In this document: piece after piece, positions 16,580 through 19,113 of the stretch | Layout: every line of letters begins with the position of its first letter | Numbering within the stretch: position 1 is the stretch's first letter | Origin: Candidatus Iainarchaeum sp. | GTDB taxonomy: Archaea; Iainarchaeota; Iainarchaeia; Iainarchaeales; Iainarchaeaceae | DNA length: 19,113 nucleotides | Direction of reading: 5' to 3' | NCBI GenBank assembly: GCA_043812975.1 | Contig: JBDRLP010000031.1 | Location: 1 to 19,113, forward strand | Translations under genes and position numbers: made by a program | The notes under the pieces: generated by a model | What the model saw: only the letters and a program-made list of their open reading frames with translations | What the model was told of the DNA's origin: nothing | The model's database searches: none

Positions 16580-16644
16580 AAATGGTTATTAACCGCACCG
16601 ATGCTCATTTGGATTCGCATCGGCACTCAACTCTAAAACCACTT
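16580..16644 (-). other. Intergenic extended hairpin / GC-rich inverted repeat
   Basis: Core CCGATGC-N12-GCATCGG (16598-16623), extended on the minus strand by G-U-containing stems. Confidence 0.6.
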
Positions 16645-16671
16645 AAAAACACTCCTTAAGAGTAATAATTC

Positions 16672-18066
16672 ATGGATTGGAAAGCAAAAATGCAGGATAT
16701 TGTGTCCAGAGTAAGAGAAAAGGATAATTTTGTTGTAATTCATCATTATGATGCTGATGGGTGCAGCTCAGGCGCAATAATGGTTAAGTGCCTTGAAAGA
16801 GAAGGGAAAAAAGTAACAAAAAAATGGGTTAAACAATTATACAAAGAAACAATCGAAGAAATCAAGGGTTTAGGTGAAAATTATTTGTTTGTTGACTTTG
16901 GCTCTGCCCAATTAGAATATTTAATCGAAGAGTTTGGAGATAACTTATTTGTTTTTGATCATCATGAAAAAATAAAAGCAGAACACCAAAATCATTTTTC
17001 TCCTTTCGATTATGGAATCAATGGAGGTAATGAAATAAGTGCTTCCGGAATTGCTTACCTATTCGCAAAAACCCTTAATGAAAAAAACACAGATTTAGTT
17101 ACATTAGCAATTGTTGGAGCTATTGGGGATATGCAGGATTTTCATGGTTCCTTAATTGGAATGAATGCAGAAATCCTGAAAGAAGGCCAGGAAAAAAGTT
17201 TGATTGTTGTTGAAAAAGATCTGAAACTTTACGGCAGAGTAACAAGACCTCTGACTGCTTTTCTGATGTTCAGTTCCTCTCCAATGCTTCCTGAACTAAC
17301 TGCTAATGAAGAAAATTGCGTAAAATTTTTACGCGAAACAGGAATCGACCTCAAAAGAGGCGAAACATGGAGAACTTATATAGACTTAAGTTCTGAAGAA
17401 AAAAAGAAACTCACTACTGCTTTGATATTACACTTACATAAATTTAATGTTCCGGAATGGAAAATTGAAGAACTAATCGGAGACGTTTATACTTTTCCAA
17501 GTGAAAACAGGAAAAGTCCTTTAAGCGACGTGAAAGAATATTCTACGTTGTTAAATGCTTGCGGTCGCCATGAAAAAGCAGAGGTAGGAATAGAAGTTTG
17601 CCTTGGGGATAGAGGAGAATTTTTGCTCACTGCAATGTCACTTATGCAGGAGCACAGGCGTCAATTAAGGCAGGGGATTGAGTGGGTTAATGCAAATGGT
17701 GTGGAAGAGGAAGAACAATATTATTACTTTGATTCAGGGGAAGAAATCAAGGATTCCATTGTTGGAATAGTGGCTGGAATGCTTTACGGCTCCGGGCTCA
17801 TAGAAAACAATAAACCTATAATAGCAATAGCCAGCAATGAAGACGATTCTTTGAAAATAAGCGGACGTGCCACAAAAGAACTTCTCCAAAGGGGTCTGAA
17901 CTTGGGTTTGGCATTCAGGGAAATATGTGATGATTTGGGAGAAGGCAATGAGGGAGGCGGTCACAATATTGCAGCCGGTTTGAAAATCCAGAAAGAAAAA
18001 CTCCCCGAATTTAAGGAAAAGCTGAACAAAAAAATTGAAGAACAATACAATAAATCTTCTACATAA
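16672..18066 (+). CDS. recJ: Archaeal RecJ/Cdc45-like DHH-family nuclease
   Basis: HHYDADG, VDFGS, FDHH, SASG, GAIGD, LLNACGR, ISGR and GGGHNIAAG (DHHA1) motifs. Confidence 0.9.
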   Translation: MDWKAKMQDIVSRVREKDNFVVIHHYDADGCSSGAIMVKCLEREGKKVTKKWVKQLYKETIEEIKGLGENYLFVDFGSAQLEYLIEEFGDNLFVFDHHEKIKAEHQNHFSPFDYGINGGNEISASGIAYLFAKTLNEKNTDLVTLAIVGAIGDMQDFHGSLIGMNAEILKEGQEKSLIVVEKDLKLYGRVTRPLTAFLMFSSSPMLPELTANEENCVKFLRETGIDLKRGETWRTYIDLSSEEKKKLTTALILHLHKFNVPEWKIEELIGDVYTFPSENRKSPLSDVKEYSTLLNACGRHEKAEVGIEVCLGDRGEFLLTAMSLMQEHRRQLRQGIEWVNANGVEEEEQYYYFDSGEEIKDSIVGIVAGMLYGSGLIENNKPIIAIASNEDDSLKISGRATKELLQRGLNLGLAFREICDDLGEGNEGGGHNIAAGLKIQKEKLPEFKEKLNKKIEEQYNKSST

Positions 18067-18108
18067 TTAGTTGTTTTTTTATATATCCACAACTTACTTT
18101 ACTTTACT

Positions 18109-18843
18109 ATGACCCCAAATCCAGCTTTAAAAGAATCAAGGGGTGTTTCTGGAAAGAAGTTAGAGCCTCTGCTTAAGCCCCGTTTATTTAGATGGTTTAA
18201 AAAAGCCAGAGTTTATGGAAAGATTGATGGTGCTATTGCTTTGCAGGAAATCTGCCGCAGAACCAATGTTCCTTTTGATCAATTCAGGGTTTATGAACCA
18301 AGAGAACCAGTTGATATTGGGTGGATCAAAGGCGCTGAAAGAATTTTGGTAAGAAGCAAAGATGACCGAAAGGAATATGTCCTGGCGGGTAAGAATTCAA
18401 GAGAAATCAATGAAGTTCTTCGTTCTATTAGGCGCGGTAACAATAGCCAACGGATAATTATCCAGAAAGTTGGATTGAGAGAGCATATTTCAAGTTATGG
18501 GCAGATAAAAATTGAAGTTAATCCAATAACAGGCCAGATTAGGATAAGTTATGGGGAAAAAACACAATCTCCCGCATCTATAAAAAATAAAGGGGTTTTT
18601 GTAGCTCCTGTAAAAAAATCTTTAAGTTCAATGGCCTCAAAACTCGGCAAAGGCGAGAAGCTCCAGATTAATGACATGCTTGGCCATCCGAATGCTGCAG
18701 AAATGATTCGGGAAGTTGCACATGAAATATGCAGAGATGGGAAAGTTGCGCGCGTGAGATATGTAAGATATCTACCGCGAGGAAATAAAGGAAGCGAACC
18801 GTATTTCTATGATTTAATTTCAATTAATCGCTTTATGGTTTAA
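18109..18843 (+). CDS. Hypothetical basic (Arg-rich) protein
   Basis: 244-aa ORF with a TATA-like TTTTATATA at about 18077-18085; no family motif recognised. Confidence 0.65.
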   Translation: MTPNPALKESRGVSGKKLEPLLKPRLFRWFKKARVYGKIDGAIALQEICRRTNVPFDQFRVYEPREPVDIGWIKGAERILVRSKDDRKEYVLAGKNSREINEVLRSIRRGNNSQRIIIQKVGLREHISSYGQIKIEVNPITGQIRISYGEKTQSPASIKNKGVFVAPVKKSLSSMASKLGKGEKLQINDMLGHPNAAEMIREVAHEICRDGKVARVRYVRYLPRGNKGSEPYFYDLISINRFMV

Positions 18844-18893
18844 CCCGCAAAAAATTAAGTAGTTTTAAATAATCTTAATAAATTAATTCTAAT

Positions 18894-19113
18894 ATGAAAA
18901 GCGTTTCAAATATTTTAATTGCAATAATTCTTGTTCTTGCATTGGTAGTGGTGCTTTTCATGCCTGCCGGTCAGGCAAGCACTAATGGATTTTTTCTATT
19001 AACTCAAAATCAGGAAGTAATAGATTCTTATTTTGTTAATGACAAACTAAACGAAGAAGTAATTCATGAAATTAATGAAAATCTTGATAATGTTCCTGAA
19101 CAATTGTTTGAAT
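18894..19113 (+). CDS. Secreted or membrane-anchored hypothetical protein; 5' part only, runs off the window end
   Basis: Not in the ORF track. MKSVSNILIAIILVLALVVVLFMPAGQASTNGFFLLTQNQEVIDSYF... is open to the window end; TATA-like TTTTAAATA at about 18863. Confidence 0.75.
   Translation, partial: MKSVSNILIAIILVLALVVVLFMPAGQASTNGFFLLTQNQEVIDSYFVNDKLNEEVIHEINENLDNVPEQLFE

Noticed and set aside
15285..16598. SMC/Rad50/SbcC call for the coiled-coil protein
   Set aside because: No Walker A/B, signature motif or CxxC zinc hook.
16574..16640. GTTTTAGAG / TTTTAGAG resembling a type II CRISPR repeat
   Set aside because: Only two 8-bp copies in AT-rich DNA, with no array and no cas genes.
309..18045. 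Short nested or antisense ORFs in the track (309-572, 2555-2761, 4123-4320, 4191-4442, 6336-6626, 6891-7088, 7107-7367, 7824-8075, 9704-9916, 9938-10249, 11429-11662, 13354-13548, 13611-13883, 14278-14481, 15904-16095, 16354-16659, 17734-18045)
   Set aside because: They overlap well-supported genes. Their F/S/L-rich composition mostly mirrors K/E-rich sense codons, and they show no motifs.
18961..18977. Palindrome TGCCTG-CCGGT-CAGGCA in the last gene, resembling a REP-like element
   Set aside because: Single copy with a 6-bp stem inside coding sequence; compatible with chance.

Overview
AT-rich archaeal DNA, most likely DPANN (possibly Diapherotrites/Iainarchaeota; this is inferred from gene style, not proven). 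Left end: a partial class III (type IV pilin-like) gene, then bacterial-type coaD and coaE (- strand), a candidate two-hairpin structured RNA, and a PMM/PGM. coaD appears to start at an ATT codon. The centre (3023-15295) is a coherent locus I cannot name. It has three translationally coupled, paralogous single-pass surface proteins: two have Cys-rich repeats, and all three share a SHOCT-like cytoplasmic tail. It also has an 804-aa multidomain scaffold containing an inactive KaiC/RecA-fold domain and two SHOCT-like repeats, a basic coiled-coil protein, two divergent single-domain KaiC-like ATPases, and a stand-alone inactive KaiC-fold protein. Shared modules link these genes, suggesting a surface-sensing KaiC signalling or assembly system. 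Right end: a coiled-coil protein, an intergenic hairpin with a K-loop-like apex, a RecJ/Cdc45-like DHH nuclease, a basic orphan and a partial secreted protein. All family calls come from motifs read by eye; no database searches were run.
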